64,000 bases of DNA from Candidatus Magasanikiibacteriota bacterium (GTDB lineage Bacteria > Patescibacteriota > Patescibacteriia > Magasanikbacterales > UBA922): positions 1,688 through 65,687 of the forward strand of contig JABIEQ010000010.1 in assembly GCA_018651085.1 (NCBI GenBank). The letters are read 5' to 3'. The position numbers and the translations under genes are program-made. Under the pieces are notes generated by a model, which saw nothing but the letters and a program-made list of their open reading frames with translations, did no database searches and was not told where the DNA came from. Numbering within the stretch: the stretch's first letter is position 1; every line of letters starts with the position of its first letter. Below are positions 9,519-18,839 of this stretch, piece by piece.

Positions 9519-10646
9519 TTACTGACGAATAGGCATGACTATGTATAAGTAATCTTCACGATTGTGTGGACGAAGCATACAGGGAGCATCACTACTATTC
9601 AAAAGAAAATCTCCTTTTTCTTCAAACTGAGATAATCCATCAAGGACATACCGATGATTCAATAAAATGGAATTTTCTTCTCCAGTTATTTCTACATCTA
9701 CTTCTGAGGCATGTTCACCTGTTTGTGTACTTGTTGACGAGACACCAATTGAACTGTTTTCCACGTTTAAATCAAACGACACGGCGTTTACCCCCATGGT
9801 TGTAAACAAACTTGCTGCTTTGATTTTTTTCTTTACGATGTCAACGGGAAATGTTGCTGTTGTTTTAAAGCTTTCAGGAATAATTTGAACATAATCTGGG
9901 TAGGTTCCATCAATAATGCGTGATGTCATCTGTATTCCCTGAAAAAGCATCGCAATTTGATTATCACTAATATGTAATTCAACAGTCATGTCTCCCTCCA
10001 TACCTTTTTGTGAAGAAATCAGTCTTGCCATTTCATACACGGTTTTAGCAGGGATAATACAAGTTACCGTATCAACTCCTCCAGCAAGGGACACTTTCTT
10101 TTCTGCGAGACGGTATGAATCCGTAGCAGCTAAAATTAAACCACTGTATCGTTCTGTTTTAAATCCCATGTACACACCAGAAAGTTCTGGTCGTATTTCA
10201 TTTTTAGCGGCAGCAAAGACCACACTAGAAAGCGCATCTCTAAATGGTGCTGCACTGAGGGTAAATGTTTGAGCTTCTTGGATTGCAGGGATAACAGGAT
10301 ATTCGTCAGCGGGGATGCCTTTTATTTTTGTACTTGAGCTTCCGCTTTTTACAAGGAGTTCATTTCCTTTAAGTGTTACGTCGACTTGTTCACTACCAAG
10401 AAGGTTTACATAATCTGTAAGCGTTTTTGCTGGAACAGTAAACGATCCTGTTTGTTCTATTTTTCCTCTGAGTGTTGTTTGTACGGCTATCTCTAGATTT
10501 GTACTAATAACTTCAATATGCGCTTCGTGCGCTTTTATTAAAATATTAGTGAGTATAGGGAGGTTCACTTGTTTCCCTGCAATACCACTTACTACGGTAA
10601 GTGCATGTGCTAAGTTTTCTTTGGTACACGTAAATTTCATATACAC
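9519..10646 (-). CDS. dnaN: DNA polymerase III beta sliding clamp
   Basis: 375 aa. MKFTCTKENLAHALTVVSGIAGKQVNLPILTNILIKA... has the three-domain clamp architecture. Sits immediately downstream of dnaA. Confidence 0.9.
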   Translation of the reverse strand: MYMKFTCTKENLAHALTVVSGIAGKQVNLPILTNILIKAHEAHIEVISTNLEIAVQTTLRGKIEQTGSFTVPAKTLTDYVNLLGSEQVDVTLKGNELLVKSGSSSTKIKGIPADEYPVIPAIQEAQTFTLSAAPFRDALSSVVFAAAKNEIRPELSGVYMGFKTERYSGLILAATDSYRLAEKKVSLAGGVDTVTCIIPAKTVYEMARLISSQKGMEGDMTVELHISDNQIAMLFQGIQMTSRIIDGTYPDYVQIIPESFKTTATFPVDIVKKKIKAASLFTTMGVNAVSFDLNVENSSIGVSSTSTQTGEHASEVDVEITGEENSILLNHRYVLDGLSQFEEKGDFLLNSSDAPCMLRPHNREDYLYIVMPIRQ

Positions 10647-10922
10647 AGGTTGCTTAAAGGTCTTTTCCTTTTCTTTTTATATATTAAATAGTAGTAGTAG
10701 TAAGGGAGTGGAAAAGTAGGATAACTGTTTTTTTCTTTCCTTCACCCAGCCAATAAATGAACTTATCCCCTTGTTTGCTGACTGTTATATGATTGGCATT
10801 TGTCTGTGGGTATGTTTTTTTCTTATTTTTTTGTGTGTGTATAAGTCGATGTTTTTCCACATGTGATGTCTTTGTTTATTGATGTTGCCCACATAGTTAT
10901 ACGTAGGATTATCCGCGAAAGA

Positions 10923-12338
10923 TTACACAGTGCGCGCTCTTTGCTTTATAAGTTCTAGCTCTTCACGCATTTTTGCACTCTCTTTTATAGCATTTTGAAT
11001 CTTTGTGTGTGCATGCATTGCTGTTGTATGATCTCTTCCTCCGAGTTCTTGTCCAATTGCAGGATACGACATCTTCAGTTCGTCTCGAAGAAGGAACATC
11101 GCGATTTGTCTTGGAAGTGATAATCTTTTTTCTCTACTTTTTCCTCTAATGTCTTCAAGGGTAATGTCGTAAAACTTTACAATAAGTGCTATAAGTTCTT
11201 TTGGTGTAAGGATCTTTTTAAGACTTGTACTTTCAAAGCTTGCAAGTATAGAGTTTACCGTCTCTTTGCTTGGTGATATATTTTTTAGTTCATGATATGC
11301 AATCACCTTGTTTAGTGCGCCTTCAAGTTCTCTAATATTACTTTTTACTTTTTCTGCAATGATTTGAATAATATTTTCTGTTAAACCATAATTTTTTTCT
11401 TGGCATTTTGATTGGAGAATGGCAGCTCTTGTTTCTAGGTCAGGTGCTGAAATGTCTGCAATCATACCCCATTCAAATCTGCTTCGTAGACGATCTTCAA
11501 GTGCAGGGATAGCTTTTGGTGGTCGATCACTTGTAAGGACGACTTGTCTTCCGTGTTGGTGAAGTTCGTTAAAGGTGTGAAAAAATTCTTCTTGAGTTTG
11601 TTCTTTTCCTCCTATAAATTGAATGTCATCAATTAAGAGCAGATCAACATTTCTATATCGTTCTTTAAATTCTTTTGCACGCCCTTCTTTTACAGAAGAC
11701 ACAAATTCATTGGTGAACTTTTCTGAACTCACGTAGAGAATTTTTGTGTTTGGGTTTTCTGTAAGCATTTGGTCAGCAATGGCTTGAAGCAAATGCGTTT
11801 TTCCAAGTCCTACCCCACCGTATATAAATAATGGGTTATAAGCGTCTCCTGGGCGATTTGCAACGGCTTTTGCAGCTGCGTGTGCTAATTCATTTTGTTT
11901 CCCTACAATAAAGGTTGCAAAAGTATACTTTTTATTTAACCCAAACTGTGATGCTGATAACGTTGAGCGTTGATTTCCTGGATTTCGTTGGTATTGATAT
12001 CCTTGTGGTTGTTGTGCTGCTGGTTGTGTTGGGGCTGATGTTGCTCGAATAGGGGCACTTATAACAGCTTCTTGTTCTTCGACGTGTTTGATGTTTCCTA
12101 CGTTGTACTCTACCTTCTTAATAGGTTTTGATGTTACTCGTTCAAGAGATTTTACAACGTCAGAGTGGTATTTCTTTTGGAGCCAGCTTTGTGTAAAGGT
12201 ATTTGGTACAATTATGATAACGTTTCCTTCAGTATATTCACTAATACCGGTGTGTTTAAACCAGGTGGTGAAGTTTGCTTTAGAAATAGAGAGTTCAAAC
12301 TCGGCGAGAACAGCTTGCCAGATTTCATGATTGGTCAT
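10923..12338 (-). CDS. dnaA: chromosomal replication initiator DnaA
   Basis: 471 aa. AAA+ Walker A GGVGLGKTHLL. C-terminal DNA-binding signature LGGRDHTTAMHAHTKI. Confidence 0.95.
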   Translation of the reverse strand: MTNHEIWQAVLAEFELSISKANFTTWFKHTGISEYTEGNVIIIVPNTFTQSWLQKKYHSDVVKSLERVTSKPIKKVEYNVGNIKHVEEQEAVISAPIRATSAPTQPAAQQPQGYQYQRNPGNQRSTLSASQFGLNKKYTFATFIVGKQNELAHAAAKAVANRPGDAYNPLFIYGGVGLGKTHLLQAIADQMLTENPNTKILYVSSEKFTNEFVSSVKEGRAKEFKERYRNVDLLLIDDIQFIGGKEQTQEEFFHTFNELHQHGRQVVLTSDRPPKAIPALEDRLRSRFEWGMIADISAPDLETRAAILQSKCQEKNYGLTENIIQIIAEKVKSNIRELEGALNKVIAYHELKNISPSKETVNSILASFESTSLKKILTPKELIALIVKFYDITLEDIRGKSREKRLSLPRQIAMFLLRDELKMSYPAIGQELGGRDHTTAMHAHTKIQNAIKESAKMREELELIKQRARTV

Positions 12339-12718
12339 AGATATGTGGAAAAAAGGAAGAAATTAGAGGTGAAATATGTGTGTAACCTCATTTTAGCACA
12401 AAACCTTTTTCTAAAAAATTGCTTTACTTAGCCAAAAGTTAGTAATATGGGGATAAGTTGTGCACAGTGTGGATAAGTGTCTCTTCGTTTGTGGTCATTC
12501 TTGTTTATGTGTAGGGCTTTTTTATTTTTTCGGAAAGGTTTGTCTGTCTTTTTGTTTTTTTTATTTTTTCCTTTGTTAAGAGAAAACCTTGACATATTTC
12601 CTCTTTTTCGTTATAGTGATATCGCTTTACAAGTGAGGTCGTGTCGCAAGAGTTATTTGTGATAAAGATCTCCATTTTTTAATATAAAGCGTTGCCGACT
12701 ATTCTATTTTTGTAATAT
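12339..12718. promoter_or_regulatory. divergent rpmH/dnaA intergenic region with DnaA boxes and AT-rich tract; candidate oriC or dnaA promoter
   Basis: Perfect TGTGGATAA at 12468-12476 and GGGGATAAG at 12449. T-rich tract at 12520-12580. Classic rpmH<->dnaA arrangement. Confidence 0.45.
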
Positions 12719-12988
12719 ATGCCTAAAAGAACATTTCAACCAAATCAACGTCGTCGTCGTAAAAAACACGGATTTCGTAAACGAATGGGTACGAAACAAG
12801 GGAAAGTGATATTAAAAAGACGTCGTGTTCGTGGACGTGATACGTTAACCGCTTCATGTGGACTTAGCCTAAAGCAACGTCGAAAGACTGGGCGCAAAAA
12901 AGGGCGAGTAAAGATTACCAAAAAATTTCATTCAAAACGACGAGTGAAAAAAGCGGTAAAGATGGCTGCAAAAGCAAAGAAATCATAA
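12719..12988 (+). CDS. rpmH: ribosomal protein L34 with unusual 44-aa Lys/Arg-rich C-terminal extension
   Basis: First 45 aa [46 protein letters not shown] form canonical L34. The ORF continues in frame to 89 aa. Confidence 0.8.
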   Translation: MPKRTFQPNQRRRRKKHGFRKRMGTKQGKVILKRRRVRGRDTLTASCGLSLKQRRKTGRKKGRVKITKKFHSKRRVKKAVKMAAKAKKS

Positions 12989-13042
12989 TCAACGTAAAGA
13001 GCCTCGAAAAAACGGGGCTCTTTTGTTATACTTTTTACTAGT

Positions 13043-13423
13043 ATGGTACCAAGACAATATCGACTTAAACATAAAAAGGATTTTGATGCACTGTTTTCAG
13101 TGGGTCGTTTTGTTGGTGGTGATTGTGTACAGTTGAAAATATGGAAAATTAATTCGGAGACATTTCCAAAACGGAAGTACACGACAGATGATTTGAAAAT
13201 TGGTTTTGTTGTCAGTGTTAAGGTACATAAACGAGCGGTTATCCGTAATCGTATGAAACGTCGTATGCGAGAGGTTGTGCGCCTTATGTTAAAAGAACAG
13301 GCTCTGTTACCTGGATATTTAATTGCCGTTATGGCAAAGCCACAGATTGTTGATGCAACGTATGACGAAATTTCTGAATCAATTACTGCGGTGTTTCAAA
13401 AAGCTGGAATCGTAGTGTTATAA
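13043..13423 (+). CDS. rnpA: RNase P protein component
   Basis: 126 aa basic protein ...VSVKVHKRAVIRNRMKRRMRE... Lies in the conserved position after rpmH. Confidence 0.85.
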   Translation: MVPRQYRLKHKKDFDALFSVGRFVGGDCVQLKIWKINSETFPKRKYTTDDLKIGFVVSVKVHKRAVIRNRMKRRMREVVRLMLKEQALLPGYLIAVMAKPQIVDATYDEISESITAVFQKAGIVVL

Positions 13424-13427
13424 ATAT

Positions 13428-13691
13428 ATGCGTGTATTTCAACGGCTTCTTTTTTTTCCACGATATGTTTTTATGATATCTGTGAGGTTATATCAATTAT
13501 TGTTTTCTCCTGACCATAGTTTTTGGGCAAAAGATGCGTTTCCTGAAGGGTATTGTAAATTTTATCCGACGTGCAGTGAGTATGGTCATCAGGTATTTTT
13601 TAAATACGGTGTATTTCGTGGCGGTATAAAAACCGTGTGGCGAATTTTACGGTGTAATCCATGGTCAGCGGGTGGTATTGATAAACCGTAA
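13428..13691 (+). CDS. yidD: membrane protein insertion efficiency factor YidD
   Basis: YQLLFSP...CKFYPTCSEY...LRCNPWSAGGIDKP matches the YidD signature. Confidence 0.85.
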   Translation: MRVFQRLLFFPRYVFMISVRLYQLLFSPDHSFWAKDAFPEGYCKFYPTCSEYGHQVFFKYGVFRGGIKTVWRILRCNPWSAGGIDKP

Positions 13692-13695
13692 GTGT

Positions 13696-13923
13696 ATGAA
13701 AAACATTTTCGTACGGGTTCTTCCAAGATCTTCTAAAGAGGAAGTTGTTGGGTTTATGGCTAACGGTGTATTAAAAGTGAAGTTGACGACTCCACCAGTT
13801 GATGGGAAAGCGAATGAAAAACTTATTGATCTTCTTTCCTCATATTATAGTGTACATCGTTCTGCTGTCAGTATTGTCTCTGGTCATACGAGTAAAAATA
13901 AACACGTTTCTATAGAAGAGTAA
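13696..13923 (+). CDS. YggU/DUF167 family protein
   Basis: MKNIFVRVLPRSSKEEVVG...LKVKLTTPPVDGKANEKLIDLLS...VSIVSGHTSKNKHVSI fits DUF167. The ATG at 13696 follows the yidD stop. Confidence 0.7.
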   Translation: MKNIFVRVLPRSSKEEVVGFMANGVLKVKLTTPPVDGKANEKLIDLLSSYYSVHRSAVSIVSGHTSKNKHVSIEE

Positions 13924-13957
13924 TAAAAAAGCCTCGTAAGAACGAGGCTTTTTTTAT

Positions 13958-15274
13958 TTACTTTTTTGGTGGCGCATCACATGTGTGATCGGCGCTTCCT
14001 AAAATTTGTTCTTTTAGGTACTTCATGACTGCTTTGTTTTGAAGTTGTGTTGCTATGGTTTCACGAACCTCTTTTCTTTTAAGATTTTCAAGATATCCAG
14101 CATTGTCTTTGTATGTTTCTTCAAGCATGCTAATTTCTTTATCTATCGCATCTTTGGTTGCTGTGATTTCTTGTTCTTTTGCAATGTGGCGAGAAAGAAG
14201 TGCTGCTTTTGCTCTTTTTTCTGCTTGTGTTGTAAAGTCTTCAAGAAGATCTTTTTCAGTCTTTTTAATGTCTTGAAGATATTGTTCAAGTGTTACCCCG
14301 TTTTTTTCGAGATCGCGAGTAAGCTCGTAAAACATTTTTTGTTTTTCATGATCACTCAGAACTTTCGGTATGTCGTCAAAGCTAGATTTTTCTACCAGTG
14401 TTTCGAGTATTTCGATCTCTGCTTTTTCTTCTGCTTTATGAAGCGCTTCGTGCTCCATGTTTGAACGAATGATTTTTTTAAGTGCATCAACATTGTCTTG
14501 TCCAATTTCTTTTGCAAAGGCATCATTAAGTTCTGGGAGTGTTCTTTCAAATACTTCTTTTATTTGTACTGAAAATCCAACTGATTTTCCAGCAAGCATT
14601 TTTTGATAATGATCTTTTGGAAAATCAAGAGAAAATATTTTTTCTTCTCCCTTTTTTGCTCCAAGTAATTGATCATTAAATCCTGGAATGTAATGTTTTT
14701 CACCAAGGTATACTTGGTAGTCTTTTGCTTGTCCGCCTTCAACAGGAACGTTATCAATTGACATCAACATGTCGATAATCAATTTATCTTCTTTTGTTGC
14801 TGCTTTGTCTGTTACTACTTCTGATGCACGCATACCACGAAGGGCATCAATAGTTTCAATAACTTTTTCGTCTTCAACAGGTTTTGGTTTCTTTTCTACT
14901 TTTATCTTTGTAAGATCTGCAATCTTTACCTTTGGTAATAGTGCAACAATTGCTTTATAGACAATGTCATTACCTGGTACAAGTGTTTCTACATCAACTT
15001 GTGGCATACCAATAACGTCGAGGTTTTCTTTTTTCAATGCCTCTGGGTATGTTTTTTGGATAAGTGTTTCTAGTGCTTCTTGATAAATGCGCATTTCTCC
15101 AACTTCTTTTTCTACCTTTTCGTAGGGCGCTTTTCCTTTTCTAAAACCTTTAATATCTACCTTGTCTGCAATTCTTTTTGCTGCTTCTTGTAGGTAGGGT
15201 TCGTATTCTTCTTTTGTAATTACGATAGTAAGTTCAACTTGTGACTTTTCTTGTTTTTTGAGTGTGTGTTTCAT
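13958..15274 (-). CDS. tig: trigger factor
   Basis: GFRKGKAPYEKVEKEVG signature. N-terminal ribosome-binding, PPIase and C-terminal domains. Start set at MKHTLKK (ATG 15274). The ORF track extends to 15337. Confidence 0.9.
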   Translation of the reverse strand: MKHTLKKQEKSQVELTIVITKEEYEPYLQEAAKRIADKVDIKGFRKGKAPYEKVEKEVGEMRIYQEALETLIQKTYPEALKKENLDVIGMPQVDVETLVPGNDIVYKAIVALLPKVKIADLTKIKVEKKPKPVEDEKVIETIDALRGMRASEVVTDKAATKEDKLIIDMLMSIDNVPVEGGQAKDYQVYLGEKHYIPGFNDQLLGAKKGEEKIFSLDFPKDHYQKMLAGKSVGFSVQIKEVFERTLPELNDAFAKEIGQDNVDALKKIIRSNMEHEALHKAEEKAEIEILETLVEKSSFDDIPKVLSDHEKQKMFYELTRDLEKNGVTLEQYLQDIKKTEKDLLEDFTTQAEKRAKAALLSRHIAKEQEITATKDAIDKEISMLEETYKDNAGYLENLKRKEVRETIATQLQNKAVMKYLKEQILGSADHTCDAPPKK

Positions 15275-15452
15275 AAAGTATGTTACGGTTATACATTTCC
15301 TCAGGATAGCGGATATGTTGGCATTTGTCAATGGCACTTTAGGGAAGGTGTGCTTATTTTTTTTGGCTTAAATAAGTCTTTTTTTCTCTTTTTACTCTGT
15401 TTAATCTGCATTGTATGTGCTACTATGATCATATTGACAGGACCTCATTATT

Positions 15453-16853
15453 ATGAGATTCTGTTTTATTACCTCACATATTATGAAGCACGTCGGCTAT
15501 CAATTTATCTTACGTCTTGTTCGAGGATGTATCTATATAAAACGAAGTATTGTATATGCTTTTGGGTTTTTGGTTGCTCGATTAGGTTGGGTAGGAAAAC
15601 TGTATAGAGAAACCCTTGGTGTCCGATTGTATAGAGTCCATTTTAGTATAAAGAGACTCTGGCAGCGTATTCGTGTTCCTTGGGCTCATCAAACTGTGGG
15701 ATGGTTAGGACGAAGAAGCACATTACAAATTGTGCTTTTTGGAGTGCTTCTCGTTGTGGTGTACCCACATAGTACACTGTATACCTATAATGATACTGCT
15801 GTTCCTGGACGAGATACAGTTCTTTATGCGTTAGTTGGTCCTGGGGACTTTGATGATGTTACGGTTGACGAAATTATTGCAGAAGGTATTGCAGCAAATA
15901 CTGAAATTCCTGTGTATAGGCAAGGGGCTGTCGTGTCTGAAATACCTTTTTCTGGAAATGATCAGGGACGTATTGTCGGTATACAAGAAATTGCTGGGGT
16001 GAGTGCTGGTGGTGGCGCTGTGATAAAGCCGAGTATTTTACCTGGGTCAACACTGCCAACGCCAACAGCGTCAGGATCTTCAATTCGTAAGCGATCAGAC
16101 ATTGTTGAATATGTTGTTCGGCCTGGAGATGTTATTGGTGCGATTGCAGAGGCGTATGGTATTAGTGTGCAAACAATATTAGTATCAAATAATTTAACTC
16201 CTCGATCATACATTCGTCCGGGACAAGCATTGTCTATTTTACCGTTTGATGGGGTGTTACATACAGTGAAATCTGGTGACACGGTTGGGAAGATTGCGAA
16301 GATTTATGATGCAGAACAAGATCGTATTATTAGTGCAAATAAATTAAAAAATGACGGATCAGATATTGTTGTTAATGAAGATTTGCTTATTCCTGGTGGT
16401 GTGAAACCACAGCCTCGTCAAGTGTATAGTCGTTCAACAGCAATTAGAAATATTGCTGCGCCTCCTCCATCTGTGAGTGCACCGGCTGGATCAGGGTATA
16501 TTTGGCCTTCAGCAGCGCGTATTGTAACGCAGTATTCTCATTGGCGTCATGTGGGAGCAGACATTGGTGGACCAATAGGCACGGCTATTTACGCTGCTCG
16601 GGCAGGGGTTGTCTCTAAATCACAGTGTGGGTGGAATTATGGATATGGATGTCATATTATTGTTGATCATGGTGGTGGTGTGCAAACGCTCTACGCTCAT
16701 GCAAGTCAACTTAATGTAAATGTTGGTGAACCGGTGTCTCAAGGGCAGGTAATTATGCTTATGGGGTCAACGGGTAATTCAACTGGATCGCATTTACACT
16801 TTGAGGTACGTATTAATGGGCAACGACAAAATCCATTTAGGTTTATTCGGTAA
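15453..16853 (+). CDS. M23 family metallopeptidase with two LysM domains and N-terminal TM
   Basis: LysM repeats YVVRPGDVIGAIAEAYGISVQTIL and HTVKSGDTVGKIAKIYD. M23 motifs HWRHVGADIGGPIGTAIYAARAG and GSTGNSTGSHLHFEV. Start codon uncertain. Confidence 0.8.
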   Translation: MRFCFITSHIMKHVGYQFILRLVRGCIYIKRSIVYAFGFLVARLGWVGKLYRETLGVRLYRVHFSIKRLWQRIRVPWAHQTVGWLGRRSTLQIVLFGVLLVVVYPHSTLYTYNDTAVPGRDTVLYALVGPGDFDDVTVDEIIAEGIAANTEIPVYRQGAVVSEIPFSGNDQGRIVGIQEIAGVSAGGGAVIKPSILPGSTLPTPTASGSSIRKRSDIVEYVVRPGDVIGAIAEAYGISVQTILVSNNLTPRSYIRPGQALSILPFDGVLHTVKSGDTVGKIAKIYDAEQDRIISANKLKNDGSDIVVNEDLLIPGGVKPQPRQVYSRSTAIRNIAAPPPSVSAPAGSGYIWPSAARIVTQYSHWRHVGADIGGPIGTAIYAARAGVVSKSQCGWNYGYGCHIIVDHGGGVQTLYAHASQLNVNVGEPVSQGQVIMLMGSTGNSTGSHLHFEVRINGQRQNPFRFIR

Positions 16854-16911
16854 TAGTTACATGGGGATAAAAAAACTACGGATATATCCGTAGTTTTCTG
16901 TTGTTTTTTAT

Positions 16912-17469
16912 TTAAGAACCTTCTTCTGGATTGATACCTTGTTTTTCATAAAAGAGTAGGGCTGCACGGGAGTGTCGGAGCTGTGCTTCATCAAGACCTA
17001 CTTTTAAACCGTCAGTAGTGTCATATTGGATACAGGCAAATACGGTTCCAATATATATGATGATTAAGGCTGGCCAGAAATGCCAAGGGGTTACAAAGAT
17101 TAACGTGGTTATCATAAGAGATAGTGCGATGGAAAATGCTGAGAATATCCAGAAGGTTATGGTCATGGCAAGAGTAAGTAGATTTTTTGGTATTCCGCCG
17201 AAGGAAACAGCAAACCATGCTCCTCCAAGGAACATCACTGGTGCTGCAAGTCCGATTGCAACAGTATTGAGGTCATTAATTTGGCCACTTATAAATCCTA
17301 AGATTGCCAGACTTAATGTAATTACATTAATCCATAGTATCTGACGATGTTTCATGATGTTTTCAAGGACGAAGTTTGTTTGGTGCTTTTTGATGTTTGT
17401 GGAAAAGAATTTTTTTAAGATTATATAGCGTAGTAGGTAATAGAATGGGTCTATTTTTTGAAGTTGCAT
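16912..17469 (-). CDS. hypothetical polytopic membrane protein
   Basis: 4-5 predicted TM helices. No recognisable family. Forms an apparent operon with lspA and the dksA-like gene. Confidence 0.4.
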   Translation of the reverse strand: MQLQKIDPFYYLLRYIILKKFFSTNIKKHQTNFVLENIMKHRQILWINVITLSLAILGFISGQINDLNTVAIGLAAPVMFLGGAWFAVSFGGIPKNLLTLAMTITFWIFSAFSIALSLMITTLIFVTPWHFWPALIIIYIGTVFACIQYDTTDGLKVGLDEAQLRHSRAALLFYEKQGINPEEGS

Positions 17470-17483
17470 AAACCAGTCTTTTA

Positions 17484-17945
17484 TTAATTTCTTTTTTCAT
17501 TTATGAGAATAAGGATTGCCCCTACAACAATGAGTATATCAGCTATATTTATAACAGACGTTATAATACGGAGGTAATCAATAGTAATACTAAATAAAAA
17601 TCGATCAATAAGGTTTGATACTGCCCCTGCAATAACAAGACATGTTCCGAGTAAAAGAAGTGGTGTGTTTTTTTTCTTATGGAGTATGAATGTTATACCT
17701 CCTAAAAGGATTATTGGGGTAATGATAATAAGTAGTGCGTTTGGTACAGGAATTTCAAAGGCAATACCGGGGTTTGGGAGGTATTCCCAGCCAAGCCATG
17801 GTTCTATAAGGTACCAAGATCCTTTTGGGTTTGCTCTTGCTAGTGATTTTAGTGTTTGATCAAGAAATAATAAAAACCCGCTTGTGATGATGTACCAGAT
17901 TAAGCGGGTTTTTGTTGATGTTATTGTGTGAAGTTTATGATTCAT
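17484..17945 (-). CDS. lspA: lipoprotein signal peptidase (signal peptidase II)
   Basis: PNPGIAFEI...GAVSNLIDRF...VINIADILIVVG matches conserved LspA blocks. Confidence 0.8.
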   Translation of the reverse strand: MNHKLHTITSTKTRLIWYIITSGFLLFLDQTLKSLARANPKGSWYLIEPWLGWEYLPNPGIAFEIPVPNALLIIITPIILLGGITFILHKKKNTPLLLLGTCLVIAGAVSNLIDRFLFSITIDYLRIITSVINIADILIVVGAILILINEKRN

Positions 17946-18321
17946 CCGTAAGGGTTTTTTTGCAACTTACGCAAGACCCTGATGTTGCACGAGCGCGTAG
18001 GCGTTCTTTTGAGATTGGCTGATCACAATACTTACAAATACCATAGGTACCCTCTTTTAATCGATCTAGAGCCTTTTTCACGTCTCGTAGAGACTTCTCT
18101 AATGTCATCTCAAGTGGTTTGTTTACAGTGTATTGTTCTACTTCTTGAATATTGTCGTCTTCTTTATCTCCGTATTCTGGGAATGTTGCATTAAAGTCCC
18201 CTGCAACGTGAGGGTTTTTCTTTGTAAATTGTCCCAATTCTTTTTCTAGACGGCTTTTGTCTTCTGTGAGTGTGTCTGTCATCTCTTTGAGGAAAGTCTT
18301 TTCAAAAGGATTCTTAGTCAT
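17935..18321 (-). CDS. DksA/TraR-family C4 zinc-finger protein
   Basis: C-terminal CKYCDQPISKERLRARATSGSCVSCKK is a CxxC-x17-CxxC motif. Coiled N-terminus. Confidence 0.7.
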   Translation of the reverse strand: MTKNPFEKTFLKEMTDTLTEDKSRLEKELGQFTKKNPHVAGDFNATFPEYGDKEDDNIQEVEQYTVNKPLEMTLEKSLRDVKKALDRLKEGTYGICKYCDQPISKERLRARATSGSCVSCKKTLTDES

Positions 18322-18409
18322 ACAGATATAGGGTTACAATATGGCTAGTAGTATATATAATTCTTTTTTTCTTTTCAAGTTGTGTGAGGGTTTACAGTTT
18401 TTTGTATAT

Positions 18410-18800
18410 AAAAAAGAGACGCCTATGGCGTCTCTCGAAGACTCTTTGGGAGTACTAGACTCCTATCTATCTACCTCAATCATTATTTGGGGCAAATACA
18501 TAGGAGCATAGCAACTTGCTACCAAAGACTCGTAAGCTCCTCTACCGCTTGCAATGGTGTAAAATCCCGACAGCACATATAAACATACTGTATAAGTGGG
18601 AAGGCACCTAAGTTTTGGGCTTTCCTCTTTAATCCACTCGTGTTTAACGTTTTATGTTTGTTTTATTTGTAGTGGAGTGGGATCAGTAAAAGGGGGGGCC
18701 CAAAAGAGAAGCAGTAGATGAGTCTACACGCTCATTACACTAGGTGTAAGAGTGTGGCTACATCCAGGTTGTTGAATGATCTGTATATATAATAACACTT
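18410..18800 (-). ncRNA. candidate structured ncRNA (identity unresolved) ending in an intrinsic terminator
   Basis: About 400 bp of GC-elevated sequence with no ORF above 60 aa. On the minus strand, hairpin agagacgcc-ata-ggcgtctct plus T6 at 18415-18445 terminates a right-to-left transcript. Conserved RNase P, tmRNA and SRP blocks could not be matched by eye. Confidence 0.25.
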
Positions 18801-18839
18801 TTTTGCTAGGTTGTCAATGGTGTGAGTTGCTTTTTGCCT

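Noticed and set aside
14039-14464. + strand ORFs inside tig (and similar antisense ORFs inside polA, dnaA, nrdA, rpoB, rpoC, recA)
   Set aside because: They are antisense shadows of long, conserved genes, with F/L/K-rich translations typical of AT-rich antisense frames.
18410-18800. Attempt to assign the candidate ncRNA to RNase P RNA, tmRNA or SRP RNA
   Set aside because: Conserved blocks (GGAAAGUCCGGGCUCC/ACAGAACCCGGCUUA, the tRNA-like TTCGAxTCC 3' end, GGAAGGAAGCAGC) could not be found by eye on either strand, so identity is left open rather than named.
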